This document shows positions 17,867 to 25,976 of a stretch of 64,000 nucleotides of DNA, in pieces. Source of the stretch: Candidatus Bipolaricaulota bacterium (GTDB taxonomy: Bacteria > Bipolaricaulota > Bipolaricaulia > UBA7950 > UBA9294); the NCBI GenBank assembly GCA_028278555.1, contig JANQEA010000035.1:152089-216088 (forward strand), given 5' to 3'. Within the stretch, counting starts at the first letter, position 1. Every line of letters starts with the position of its first letter. The notes under the pieces are model-generated. The model was not told where the DNA came from and made no database searches. It worked only from the letters and a program-made list of their open reading frames with translations. The translations under genes and the position numbers were made by a program.

Positions 17867-19096
17867 TCAGAACTCCCACTCTTCGGTGCTGAGCGTGAAG
17901 CCGCTGACGTGCTGTGGAATCGGGTCGTACAACAGCGATTCGCCTGTCCGGATCGCGTGCTCGCCGAAGCGATCTCGGATCCGATCGACTGCCTGATTCA
18001 GCCGCTCACGGCGCTGATCCTCTTGCAACAGAGGCCCGGGAAGACCGGCCTTATCCGTAAGGTTGCGAACTGAGACGCCAATCTGCGTGACCTCCTTCGG
18101 TTTCATGGGGATCTTCCGGAAGGCCGCCAGACAGGCTTGATAGATGCTGTCTCGATCATCGGTAGGCGATGCCAGTGTCACTTGTTTCCCGCGATACTCG
18201 GACGTGTCCGCACGAAACCACGCGTGGACTGTCCGCCCGACGTACCCGAGCCTTCGCAGCCGACGCGCAACCAGATCGCACAAGTTCAGAAGAACTCGAA
18301 GAGCACTCTCGATCTCGCGCAAGTCGGGCCGCAGGGTTCGCGAATGGCCGACCGATTTCGCCGCGGCAGGCTCGGTGTACGGAATCACAGGGTTCGGATC
18401 TCGGCCTTCCCCGACGGCCTTGAGGAATCGACCGTACGCCCCGAATTCGCCTTTCAGATAGGCTTCCGACGCCTTCCCCAGCTCGGCTAGGGTTCGGATC
18501 CCCGCTCTCGCCAACCGTGGTTCGATCCGATGCCCGATCCCGCAGAGCTCCCCGACGGACGTTTCGACCAACAGCTCCGGAATCTCCTCGTCGTCCAGGA
18601 AGCCGATCCCATCCGGCTTGTGTCGATATCCGATCAGCTTGGCAAAGGCCTTGCCCGAGGCAATTCCGATCGTCGCCGTGATGTACTCCCCCAGCTCATC
18701 GCGGAAGTCCGCCTTGATCTCACGCGCCATCGGGATCGGTCCCCCGCGGCGAGGCGCCTCCTGCGTGACGTCCATGAAGACCTCATCGACGCTGAAGACC
18801 TCGATCATTGGGGTGTAACGTTCCAGAATGACAAGGAATTCCTTGGTTGTTGAGAGGTAACGTTCGGCGCGGCCGGGAACGAGTACGAGGCTGGGACAGA
18901 GACGCCGCGCTTCCCAGACCGGCATCCCTGCGATCAATCCGTACTTCTTCGCTTCTCGCGATGCCGCGACGATGATCGACTTCTCCGTTGGGCGACCTGT
19001 GACGCCGATCGGTTTGCCCCGCAGGCTCGGATCATGCTGCTGTTCGACGGACGCGAAGTAGGAGTCCATGTCGAGATGCATGATCACACGTCGCAC
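17867..19096 (-). CDS. dinB: DNA polymerase IV (Y-family, DinB)
   Basis: Has the HLDMDSYFASVE catalytic motif, a Y-family palm/fingers region and a little-finger domain. Confidence 0.9.
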   Translation of the reverse strand: MRRVIMHLDMDSYFASVEQQHDPSLRGKPIGVTGRPTEKSIIVAASREAKKYGLIAGMPVWEARRLCPSLVLVPGRAERYLSTTKEFLVILERYTPMIEVFSVDEVFMDVTQEAPRRGGPIPMAREIKADFRDELGEYITATIGIASGKAFAKLIGYRHKPDGIGFLDDEEIPELLVETSVGELCGIGHRIEPRLARAGIRTLAELGKASEAYLKGEFGAYGRFLKAVGEGRDPNPVIPYTEPAAAKSVGHSRTLRPDLREIESALRVLLNLCDLVARRLRRLGYVGRTVHAWFRADTSEYRGKQVTLASPTDDRDSIYQACLAAFRKIPMKPKEVTQIGVSVRNLTDKAGLPGPLLQEDQRRERLNQAVDRIRDRFGEHAIRTGESLLYDPIPQHVSGFTLSTEEWEF

Positions 19097-19233
19097 AGTG
19101 CCTCCCGATCGCTCCGTATGCCGATGTCTTCTCGCCCCTCATTGCGGCTGATCGACGCCGTCGGGGACGTTTCCCATCCCACAAGAATACCCTCCGCAAT
19201 CGTTGAGGGAATAGCGAGCGCGAAAACGAGTGC

Positions 19234-19256
19234 GGGACGGCGCGATCGGCCGTCCC
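19234..19256 (-). terminator. Hairpin immediately downstream of the DUF885 gene stop (putative terminator)
   Basis: GGGACGGC/GCCGTCCC forms an 8-bp stem with a 7-nt loop. On the minus strand it is followed by a GUUUUC stretch. Confidence 0.4.
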
Positions 19257-19269
19257 GCGTGAGATGATT

Positions 19270-20910
19270 CTAGAGTTCGAGCGCCTGCCGCATCAGGCGC
19301 GGCGGGAGCGATCCTTGCGAGAGGAGGGTGTCGTGCATCTCGCGGAGGCTCGCGTCCGGATGCGCCTTCTTGTAGTCATCGATCAGATCGAGGATCTGGA
19401 GCTTCCCCATCAGATACGACTGGGGCTGCGTCGGCGTCTGCGTGTACCGCCGAACCTCGGCCGTCGCGTTTGCCGGCTCGAGCTGAACCTTCTCGACCAT
19501 GAAGTCGACCGCTTCCTGAACGGTCATTCCGCGGGTGTGAAGCGACACGTCGAGGATGATCCGCGCGGCACGCCAGAGCTGATCGTGAAGGCGTCCCAGC
19601 CGCTGGATCGGCTTGGCGATCCAGCCGAGCTGCTCCATCAGCTCTTCGCAGTAGAAGGCCCATCCCTCGATGAACAGCGTCGCCAGGAACGATCCCATCC
19701 GCCGCGGAATCGTTTCGGCTCGGTTCGCCCAGACGAGCTGCAAGTGATGCCCCGGATACGCCTCGTGGAGAGCGACAACGGGGAGCTTCACGTGGAAGTG
19801 CCCCTTCAGCTTCGCCTCCTTCTCCTCGTCCGACGCATTCGGATCGACCGGGGTGACGACGAAAATCCCATCCTGCTGTTCTTCGAAGATCCCGGCGTTC
19901 TGGTAGGCGGCGTAGGGGATGAGCGGGCGGATGTAGACGGGGGTCTCGATGATCTTGAGCGACTCGTCCTCGGGGATCGTGACGATCTCGTGATCGATCA
20001 CGTATTGCTTCGCACTCTCCATCGCCTCTTCGTACGCCCGGAGGAGTCCTTCGGCCGTCGGATGATCGTTCTTCGCTTCCTCGAGGAGCTCCTCGACCGA
20101 CTTCGTCGGATCGATCTCCTTCGCGACCTCCTCCATCTGCTTCTTGGTCAGCTCGAACTGCTCCCAGCCGACCTCGATCAATCGGTCGGCGTCGTAGTCG
20201 ACCATGTGGTTCTCGCGGAGGATCTCGTCGAAGAGTTCCTTCCCTACGGCGTACTCGCCTTCGGCGTTCGGGAGGACCTCGTCCCGGATGAACGCGACAT
20301 ACGCCTCCACGGCCTTCGCCGCCTCGGCGCCGACGGCGGCGATTTCCTCGGCGAGGTCGGGGGCCGCCTGCTGCGCAAGACCCGGCAGAAGCGCGCTGAA
20401 GAGCATCGGCGCCATCTGACCCTGTTCGAGTGCCGTCTCCGCCCAGACCCGCGGGACTTCGCTCGGTATGAGGACCGCCTTCGCCTCCTCGAGGACTCTC
20501 GGCACTTGGCGCGTCCGCTCGAGGGCCAGCTTCAACCGTTCGGGGAGCGGAGCGAAGTCCTTCATGAGAAGGAGGATCACGCTCCCGGTGGTCGCATCCA
20601 GGTATTGACCCGGGTTCCGGAACTGACCGCGCTGCTTCTCGTAGCCGCGGACGAAGCCTTTGAAGATCTGCGTCATCAGCGTGTGATCGACGACGGCATC
20701 GTTCGGCCAACCCGTTGTCTCCATCGCGCCCAGCTCGGTTAGGATCTCATGAATCTCTCCGTTCTGTGCATCCTGAGCCGCGCGTGTGAAATCGCCGAGT
20801 CGATCGTCGAAGCGATGATCTCCGAGTTGCGTCGCCGCGATCGGATTCAGCTCCATCAGCCGTTCGATCCAGGCGTCGGAGCGGTCGTAGAAGTGCTTCG
20901 GGTCCGTCAC
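19270..20910 (-). CDS. DUF885 family protein (metallopeptidase-like)
   Basis: Has the HEAYPGHHLQ motif characteristic of DUF885 and is 546 aa. Confidence 0.8.
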   Translation of the reverse strand: MTDPKHFYDRSDAWIERLMELNPIAATQLGDHRFDDRLGDFTRAAQDAQNGEIHEILTELGAMETTGWPNDAVVDHTLMTQIFKGFVRGYEKQRGQFRNPGQYLDATTGSVILLLMKDFAPLPERLKLALERTRQVPRVLEEAKAVLIPSEVPRVWAETALEQGQMAPMLFSALLPGLAQQAAPDLAEEIAAVGAEAAKAVEAYVAFIRDEVLPNAEGEYAVGKELFDEILRENHMVDYDADRLIEVGWEQFELTKKQMEEVAKEIDPTKSVEELLEEAKNDHPTAEGLLRAYEEAMESAKQYVIDHEIVTIPEDESLKIIETPVYIRPLIPYAAYQNAGIFEEQQDGIFVVTPVDPNASDEEKEAKLKGHFHVKLPVVALHEAYPGHHLQLVWANRAETIPRRMGSFLATLFIEGWAFYCEELMEQLGWIAKPIQRLGRLHDQLWRAARIILDVSLHTRGMTVQEAVDFMVEKVQLEPANATAEVRRYTQTPTQPQSYLMGKLQILDLIDDYKKAHPDASLREMHDTLLSQGSLPPRLMRQALEL

Positions 20911-20975
20911 GTCCCAACCTCCTTCTGATTCCTCATTTACATCTGTTTGTCGCAGCTCCGAAGCGTTCGGTTCAG

Positions 20976-21533
20976 CTAGACCTGATAACCGCTGATCTCA
21001 TCCTCCGTCGCCTCGACCCCGAGCCCGAGAACGATCCGGTTGACGAAGTTGAAGTAGGCGACAATCAGGGCGATTGAGAGGATGTCTTCATCGGAGAAGC
21101 CCGCTGTGCGGAGGGACTCGATGTCCTCCTCGATGACGTTCTCCGGGGTCTCGGTCAGCTTCTGCGCGTACTCGAGCGCGACCGTCATTTTCGGGCCGAC
21201 GTCGACCGCCTCGCGATCCTCGACGAAGCGGGCGAGACGTTCCGGATCGCGCCAGTAGTGTCCGAGCGCTTCGGCGTGATGGCGGATGCAATACGGACAG
21301 CGATTCGACGTCGAGACGACGACGGCGATCATCTCGCGCTCCTCGCGGGAGAGGTCGGACCGCGAGAACATCGTCGCCAGGTAGAGATCCATGTGCGCCG
21401 TCATCGCCTCCGGCCGAAGGCTGTGGACGGCCATGATGTTCGACAGCTTCCCGCGCTTCCCCTTGACCCTCTCGAACGCAGCGCGTAGTTCGTCGTCCGC
21501 CTCGTCTTCACCGATCACGCGGATCCAGGCCAT
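20976..21533 (-). CDS. Carboxymuconolactone decarboxylase/AhpD-like peroxidase-related family protein
   Basis: Has a CMD-domain CxxxH-like region (NRCPYCIRHH). A GAGGAGG ribosome-binding site precedes the ATG (MAWIRV) at 21533. Confidence 0.7.
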   Translation of the reverse strand: MAWIRVIGEDEADDELRAAFERVKGKRGKLSNIMAVHSLRPEAMTAHMDLYLATMFSRSDLSREEREMIAVVVSTSNRCPYCIRHHAEALGHYWRDPERLARFVEDREAVDVGPKMTVALEYAQKLTETPENVIEEDIESLRTAGFSDEDILSIALIVAYFNFVNRIVLGLGVEATEDEISGYQV

Positions 21534-21622
21534 CGATGCCTCCTCAGTCTGGCAGAATGGTCCGATCATATCCCGCCTCTTAGTGCGCATCAGCCGCTAT
21601 CGATCTCGCTCGCTCGATAGCC

Positions 21623-21650
21623 TTGACAATCGAATTCCGGAGCGTATACT
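21623..21650 (+). promoter_or_regulatory. Near-consensus sigma70 promoter (TTGACA-16 nt-TATACT)
   Basis: The -35 box TTGACA is at 21623-21628 and the -10 box TATACT at 21645-21650. It lies upstream of the membrane-protein/regulator operon. Confidence 0.6.
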
Positions 21651-21654
21651 GCAG

Positions 21655-21677
21655 AGTACTTTGCGCTGCAAAGTACT
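21655..21677 (+). promoter_or_regulatory. Perfect 23-bp palindromic operator AGTACTTTGC-GCT-GCAAAGTACT overlapping the transcription start
   Basis: Perfect 10-bp inverted repeats separated by 3 bp, immediately downstream of the -10 element. This is the typical position of a repressor operator. Confidence 0.55.
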
Positions 21678-21692
21678 TGACGGGAGAGAACT

Positions 21693-22352
21693 ATGAACCA
21701 ACTGAGTCTTCGAAACATCGAGCGCAAGAGCTGGCAAAGCACGATGGGCGGCGGGGTGATCGAGATCATGTTCGGGATCATGATGTTCGCCGGCGCGACG
21801 TCGTATCTCGTCTCCGATCTCGGCGCGCCATCCGCTGCGAGCACCGCTACGTTGATCGCCCTTCACGCCGTGGCGCTTCTATTGATGCTTTGGCTGCGGA
21901 AGCGATACGTCCTTCCGCGGGTCGGGCGGGCCGCCTTCTCGGCGAACCGAAAGCGGCGTCTCCATCGCATGCGGATCCTTCTGGGGATTTGCGTCGCGGT
22001 GACGGTCGCGCTCGTCGTGCTGACGGTCCTCGCAACGCGGACCGGGACCTCTCTCCTCGGGCCCGTTTCGGCCGCTCCCGTGGTTGCCGTCGTTGCCGTG
22101 ATCGTTCTCGTGCCGCTCGGCGCGCTCGCGATCTTCCTCGACTACCCTCGATTCCTCCTTCTTGGCGGATTGGTCGTCGGGGCGGAGGCGATCCTCGCGC
22201 TGCTCGACAAGTACGGTTCGCCGCCGTTCGACCGGACACTCGTCTTCGGCTCGATCGGCCTGATCAGTCTGATCCTCGGGTTGGTCATCTTCGCTCGCTT
22301 CCTCCGCCGCGTACCACGACCCGAACACGAGGTGATCGATCATGCCGGCTAG
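21693..22352 (+). CDS. Polytopic membrane protein, paralog A
   Basis: A GGGAGAG ribosome-binding site sits upstream. It has about 6 TM helices and a conserved VLPRVGRAAFSANRKRR loop. Confidence 0.6.
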   Translation: MNQLSLRNIERKSWQSTMGGGVIEIMFGIMMFAGATSYLVSDLGAPSAASTATLIALHAVALLLMLWLRKRYVLPRVGRAAFSANRKRRLHRMRILLGICVAVTVALVVLTVLATRTGTSLLGPVSAAPVVAVVAVIVLVPLGALAIFLDYPRFLLLGGLVVGAEAILALLDKYGSPPFDRTLVFGSIGLISLILGLVIFARFLRRVPRPEHEVIDHAG

Positions 22353-22971
22353 TCCGGGATTGAGGGAACTCGAGCGGCGCGTCTGGCTGCGGACATTCGA
22401 ACACGGGCTCTGGGACGTCGCCATCGGCCTGCTGTTACTGGCGTTCGGGATCGGCATCCTGACGGAGTTCTACTGGCTCTCCGCCATCATCGTTCCGGTC
22501 AGCCTGCCTGCGATGCGAGACCTTGCCCGACGGGCGATTGTCCCGAGGATCGGGCACGCGACGTTCCGCGGGCGGCGAAAGAGGAGCCTTGTTCACGTTC
22601 AGCTGATCCTGACCGGCCTCGCCGTCGCCGGTGCCGGGATGTTCGCGTTCACGAGCTTCGCGTCACGGGGGACGGCGCCCGACTGGATGCTCTGGATACG
22701 GTCTCACTTCATCGTCGTCATCGGGCTGATCTGGGGCGGGGCACTCGGCGTCGCCGGGTGGACCGTCGATTTTCCCCGTCTCTACGCGTACGGCGCGATC
22801 CTCTTCGGAGCTCTGCTCGCCGTCGACCTCATCCCATCCGGCTACCACCTTGCCCACGCGCTGATCGCCGTCGGCGGACTGATCGCGCTCGTCGGGGCCG
22901 CGCTGTTCATCCGCTTCACCCGTCGGTATCCGCGTCACCCCAAACCGCTCGAAGGAGCGGCCGATGACTGA
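22342..22971 (+). CDS. Polytopic membrane protein, paralog B
   Basis: Overlaps paralog A by 11 nt. Shares the loop motif IVPRIGHATFRGRRKRS and a DFPRLYAYG segment with paralog A. Confidence 0.6.
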   Translation: MPASPGLRELERRVWLRTFEHGLWDVAIGLLLLAFGIGILTEFYWLSAIIVPVSLPAMRDLARRAIVPRIGHATFRGRRKRSLVHVQLILTGLAVAGAGMFAFTSFASRGTAPDWMLWIRSHFIVVIGLIWGGALGVAGWTVDFPRLYAYGAILFGALLAVDLIPSGYHLAHALIAVGGLIALVGAALFIRFTRRYPRHPKPLEGAADD

Positions 22972-23284
22972 GGCGGAGCGCGACGATGCCCGCGGCCTGC
23001 AGATCGACCGCGCGATTCACGAGCCAGCACGCCTGCTGATCACCGCCCACCTCTACGTCGTCGAATCGGCCGACTACGTGTTCCTGATGGGGAACACCGG
23101 CCTGACATGGGGAAACCTCTCGTCGCACCTCTCCAAATTGGAGGCCACCGGCTACGTCGAGATCACCAAGGAGTTCGTCGAGAAGAAACCGCACACGATG
23201 GTCAAGCTGACGGAAGAAGGCCGGACGGCGTTCGACACCTATCGCCGCCAGATGAAGGCCCTGTTCGAGGATCTCCCGGACTGA
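22964..23284 (+). CDS. Winged-helix (HTH_34/ArsR-like) transcriptional regulator
   Basis: A 106-aa product with an HTH wing (GNTGLTWGNLSSHLSKLEATGYVEITKEF). It overlaps the upstream gene by 8 nt. Confidence 0.65.
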   Translation: MTEAERDDARGLQIDRAIHEPARLLITAHLYVVESADYVFLMGNTGLTWGNLSSHLSKLEATGYVEITKEFVEKKPHTMVKLTEEGRTAFDTYRRQMKALFEDLPD

Positions 23285-23316
23285 CAAGCGCAACCACCCG
23301 ATGGAGGAGGTGACCT

Positions 23317-23400
23317 ATGGAAGGAACCACGTGGATCCTGATCGGCCTCGGCGTTCTCGCCGTGATCGGCGCGATTATCCTCCTGTCACAGGCGAAGTAG
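23317..23400 (+). CDS. Predicted 27-aa single-TM micropeptide (MEGTTWILIGLGVLAVIGAIILLSQAK)
   Basis: A GGAGGAGG ribosome-binding site sits 5-8 nt upstream of the ATG. The product is one hydrophobic helix and is followed by a hairpin. It is not in the ORF track because it is under 60 aa. Confidence 0.3.
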   Translation: MEGTTWILIGLGVLAVIGAIILLSQAK

Positions 23401-23412
23401 AACATCTGGTCC

Positions 23413-23450
23413 GCCCGGTCGTTCTTCTTACGGCCGGGCATCTGTTTCCT
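23413..23450 (+). terminator. Hairpin after the micropeptide ORF (putative operon terminator)
   Basis: GCCCGGUC/GGCCGGGC forms an 8-bp stem with one G-U pair and an 11-nt loop, followed by AUCUGUUUCC. Confidence 0.35.
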
Positions 23451-23729
23451 CGACCGGATCGGCAATCCGAGATCGACGGCCAGGCTTCCGGACAGAAGGA
23501 CGGCGTCGATCACCCGGCTGAAGCTACCGGAACGTAAGCTTCACGGAACCGAGGTCGACTCGGACTCTCCAGCCTGTAGCCCCTATCGTGATGTACACAA
23601 CGACGTTCATGTCCCTCCTTGCACATCCAAGCGGTTCTCAGGACTGGCTCGTGAAGGTCGCATGCCGATTGCAGTGTAAGACCCAACCCTAATTCCGCGT
23701 AGCTCGTCTGTTCACATGAATGCTCAGAT

Positions 23730-23759
23730 TTGACATTCACAGAACTTCCATGATATACG
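23730..23759 (+). promoter_or_regulatory. Putative promoter of the glycine-rich protein gene (TTGACA -35, extended -10 TGaTATACG)
   Basis: Lies in an AT-rich region (about 40% GC). The spacer is 18 nt and a TG motif precedes the -10 hexamer. Confidence 0.4.
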
Positions 23760-23791
23760 GTCCCTGATTTCGACTATGGGAGATGGTTCAA

Positions 23792-25789
23792 ATGTCGAAA
23801 CTCGGGAAACGCATCTGCGTTGTGTGCGCGATCATCCTTGTGGCAGCTGTTGCTATGACCTGCGTTGCGCAGGAGTACGGAAAGGATAACCCACAAGCGT
23901 GGGGCGGATACCCTGAGGGATACAAGTTTGGTGCTGATGGAACCCAGCCGGATCATCCTGACGGATACGACGGCTGGCCAGCAGACCATCCCAACAATCC
24001 CAACAAGGGCTACGCCGGCAAAGGCGGCAAGGGCGCGGACGCGACTAAAGAAGGCCACGCAGCTGGGAATGGAGGGAAGGGTGGTGCTGGACCAAAGAAT
24101 GATGATGGCCCCCTTAATTCCTGGAACGGCGGCAAAGGCGGAGCCGGCGGAGGCAGCTCAGTTCCGGGAATACGCGGTGGAAATGGCGGCAAAGGCGGCG
24201 ATTCCACACACGGAGCCGGAGGCGATGGCGGCAATGGCGGCGATGGCGGCGAGGACGATGTGACGGTGAAGCACTCCGCCGGCGGTAACGGCGGCAAAGG
24301 CGGAGACAGCGTCAACGGTAACGGCGGCAAGGGCGGAGACGCTGGGAAGGGTAGCGACAGTGCGCCCGGCGGAAACGGCGGCGACGGAGGCACCAGCATT
24401 CATAAGACAGGAGGAGCGGGGGGTGACGGCGGCGACGGCGGCAGCAATGGCGAGGGTGGCAACGGAGGAAGTGGCGGTCACACGAGACATGGGACGGGCG
24501 GACCGGGCGGCAATGGCGGAAACGGCGGCGCGAGCAAGATTCCAGGACAGAAGGGAAAGACGGGAGGTGAGGGCGGCGATGGCGGCAATGGGTATGTCGG
24601 CGGTCCCTGCGACAAGGTAGGTAACGGGGCCGGAGGCAAGGGCGGACAAGGCGGGCAAGGCGGCGCGGGTTACTCTGGCGACGATGAGAACGACGCAACG
24701 GGCGGCGGGGATGGTGGGAAAGGCGGGGCCGGAGGAAATGCCGGAGACGGGGAAGATGCATCCGCGGGCAATGGCGGGGATGGTGGGAAAGGCGGCACAG
24801 CGAACAAGAAACCTGCAATTGGGGGCACTGGCGGGAAGGGTGGCAAGGGCGGCCGCTCTGGGCTCGGCAACAAAGGCGGCACTGGCGGAAAGGGTGGACC
24901 AGGAGGAGATGGACCAGACAAGCATGGCGGAGAAGGCGGGGCTCCTGGTGAAGGCGGAGACTATTCCCCATCTGGCCCCATGAAGCCTGGCAAAGGAGGC
25001 ATGGGTGGCAGCGGCGGAAAGGGAAGCCCCGAAAAAAAGGATCGAAGTCGTGAGAGAGGTGCCTCCGGCTCTTGTGTGAGATACGTCTGCCTTCCCTTCT
25101 CAGGTTTCGGATGGGAACGGGCTTGGACCTCGGACACTGATCGGGCCGAGTGTGTTGGCTTGGGCCTTTGCTGCGTCGGCCTAGATGTGGGCGTCGAAGT
25201 CGTGACAGTCGACCATGCCGGAATGCTGTCCGACATCATAGATCTCACACCACTGCTAGGCTGGTGGAGCAGCGAGTCGTACTCCCCGATGATCGGCGTG
25301 GCCATCACTGCGCTTCTCCCGGAATGCGGAACCGGGCTACCTCTTGTCGACATAGCCTATGGCTCGGCCAGCATCCCTGTGAGTGGTCACGCCGAGTGGA
25401 TCCTCGAAGATTCCGATTATGGACTCGCGGAGATCCAGGGCATCCTTGGCATAACCCGTGCGTCCTTGGGATTCGGGATGCGCATCGGTGCACTCTGCGA
25501 ATGCCCTGTGCTGACACCGTACGTCGACCTCAAAGCGGGAATCGCACAGTCGTGGTTAGAGTTCGAGGATGTCCAATCCGGGATGGATTCGGTAGATCTG
25601 CGGACACTGCTAGAAACTAACACAAGTGCTATCACACAGTACTACGTGCAAGCTTCCATGGGAGCCTCGTTCTCACTCGGTCCACAGCTTGACCTTCGTC
25701 TTGTCGGGACTGGAAGGATCTCGGGGGGAGCGGATCAATCAACCCATTTCGAGTTCGGGGGAAGTCTGTCACTGGGGCTCCGCTTCTAG
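23792..25789 (+). CDS. Secreted glycine-rich GGxGGxGG (PGRS-like) repeat protein with a C-terminal beta-barrel (autotransporter-like) domain
   Basis: Has a Sec signal peptide (MSKLGKRICVVCAIILVAAVAMTCVAQE). About 17 repeats of GG[NDTK]GG[KDNS]GG span residues about 75-410. The last 230 aa or so show alternating-hydrophobic beta-strands and end in LSLGLRF with a terminal Phe. Codon usage is atypical for the genome. Start is taken at the second ATG, 23792, which has the better ribosome-binding-site spacing. Confidence 0.65.
   Translation: MSKLGKRICVVCAIILVAAVAMTCVAQEYGKDNPQAWGGYPEGYKFGADGTQPDHPDGYDGWPADHPNNPNKGYAGKGGKGADATKEGHAAGNGGKGGAGPKNDDGPLNSWNGGKGGAGGGSSVPGIRGGNGGKGGDSTHGAGGDGGNGGDGGEDDVTVKHSAGGNGGKGGDSVNGNGGKGGDAGKGSDSAPGGNGGDGGTSIHKTGGAGGDGGDGGSNGEGGNGGSGGHTRHGTGGPGGNGGNGGASKIPGQKGKTGGEGGDGGNGYVGGPCDKVGNGAGGKGGQGGQGGAGYSGDDENDATGGGDGGKGGAGGNAGDGEDASAGNGGDGGKGGTANKKPAIGGTGGKGGKGGRSGLGNKGGTGGKGGPGGDGPDKHGGEGGAPGEGGDYSPSGPMKPGKGGMGGSGGKGSPEKKDRSRERGASGSCVRYVCLPFSGFGWERAWTSDTDRAECVGLGLCCVGLDVGVEVVTVDHAGMLSDIIDLTPLLGWWSSESYSPMIGVAITALLPECGTGLPLVDIAYGSASIPVSGHAEWILEDSDYGLAEIQGILGITRASLGFGMRIGALCECPVLTPYVDLKAGIAQSWLEFEDVQSGMDSVDLRTLLETNTSAITQYYVQASMGASFSLGPQLDLRLVGTGRISGGADQSTHFEFGGSLSLGLRF
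24000..25030 (+). repeat. Imperfect tandem DNA repeats (about 27-33 bp units, ggcggcaaaggcggngac-like) encoding the Gly-rich repeats
   Basis: GGCGGCAAAGGCGG and AATGGCGGCGA(T/C)GGCGG units recur through this interval. Confidence 0.6.
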
Positions 25790-25976
25790 AGTCTTGAGTT
25801 GGGAGGGTCTCAGAGGTACAGGCACAAGTTCCCGGAAGCCAAGCCTGTGGCTACTGGTGAAGGTGGCCCAGGGCCGATGACGCAATACGCCGGAGGTTCA
25901 GTCATTGCATTCATGATGGGCCACTTGTCTTGGCGGCTGGACTCCCGCCGCCAGAATTCGCGCAACGTGAACTGCG

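Noticed and set aside
24000-25030. Glycine-rich region as a collagen-like (G-X-Y) protein or a CRISPR-like repeat array.
   Set aside because: The repeats are GGxGG, not Gly at every third residue. At the DNA level the units are in-frame coding repeats of variable length with no spacer structure, so this is not a CRISPR array.
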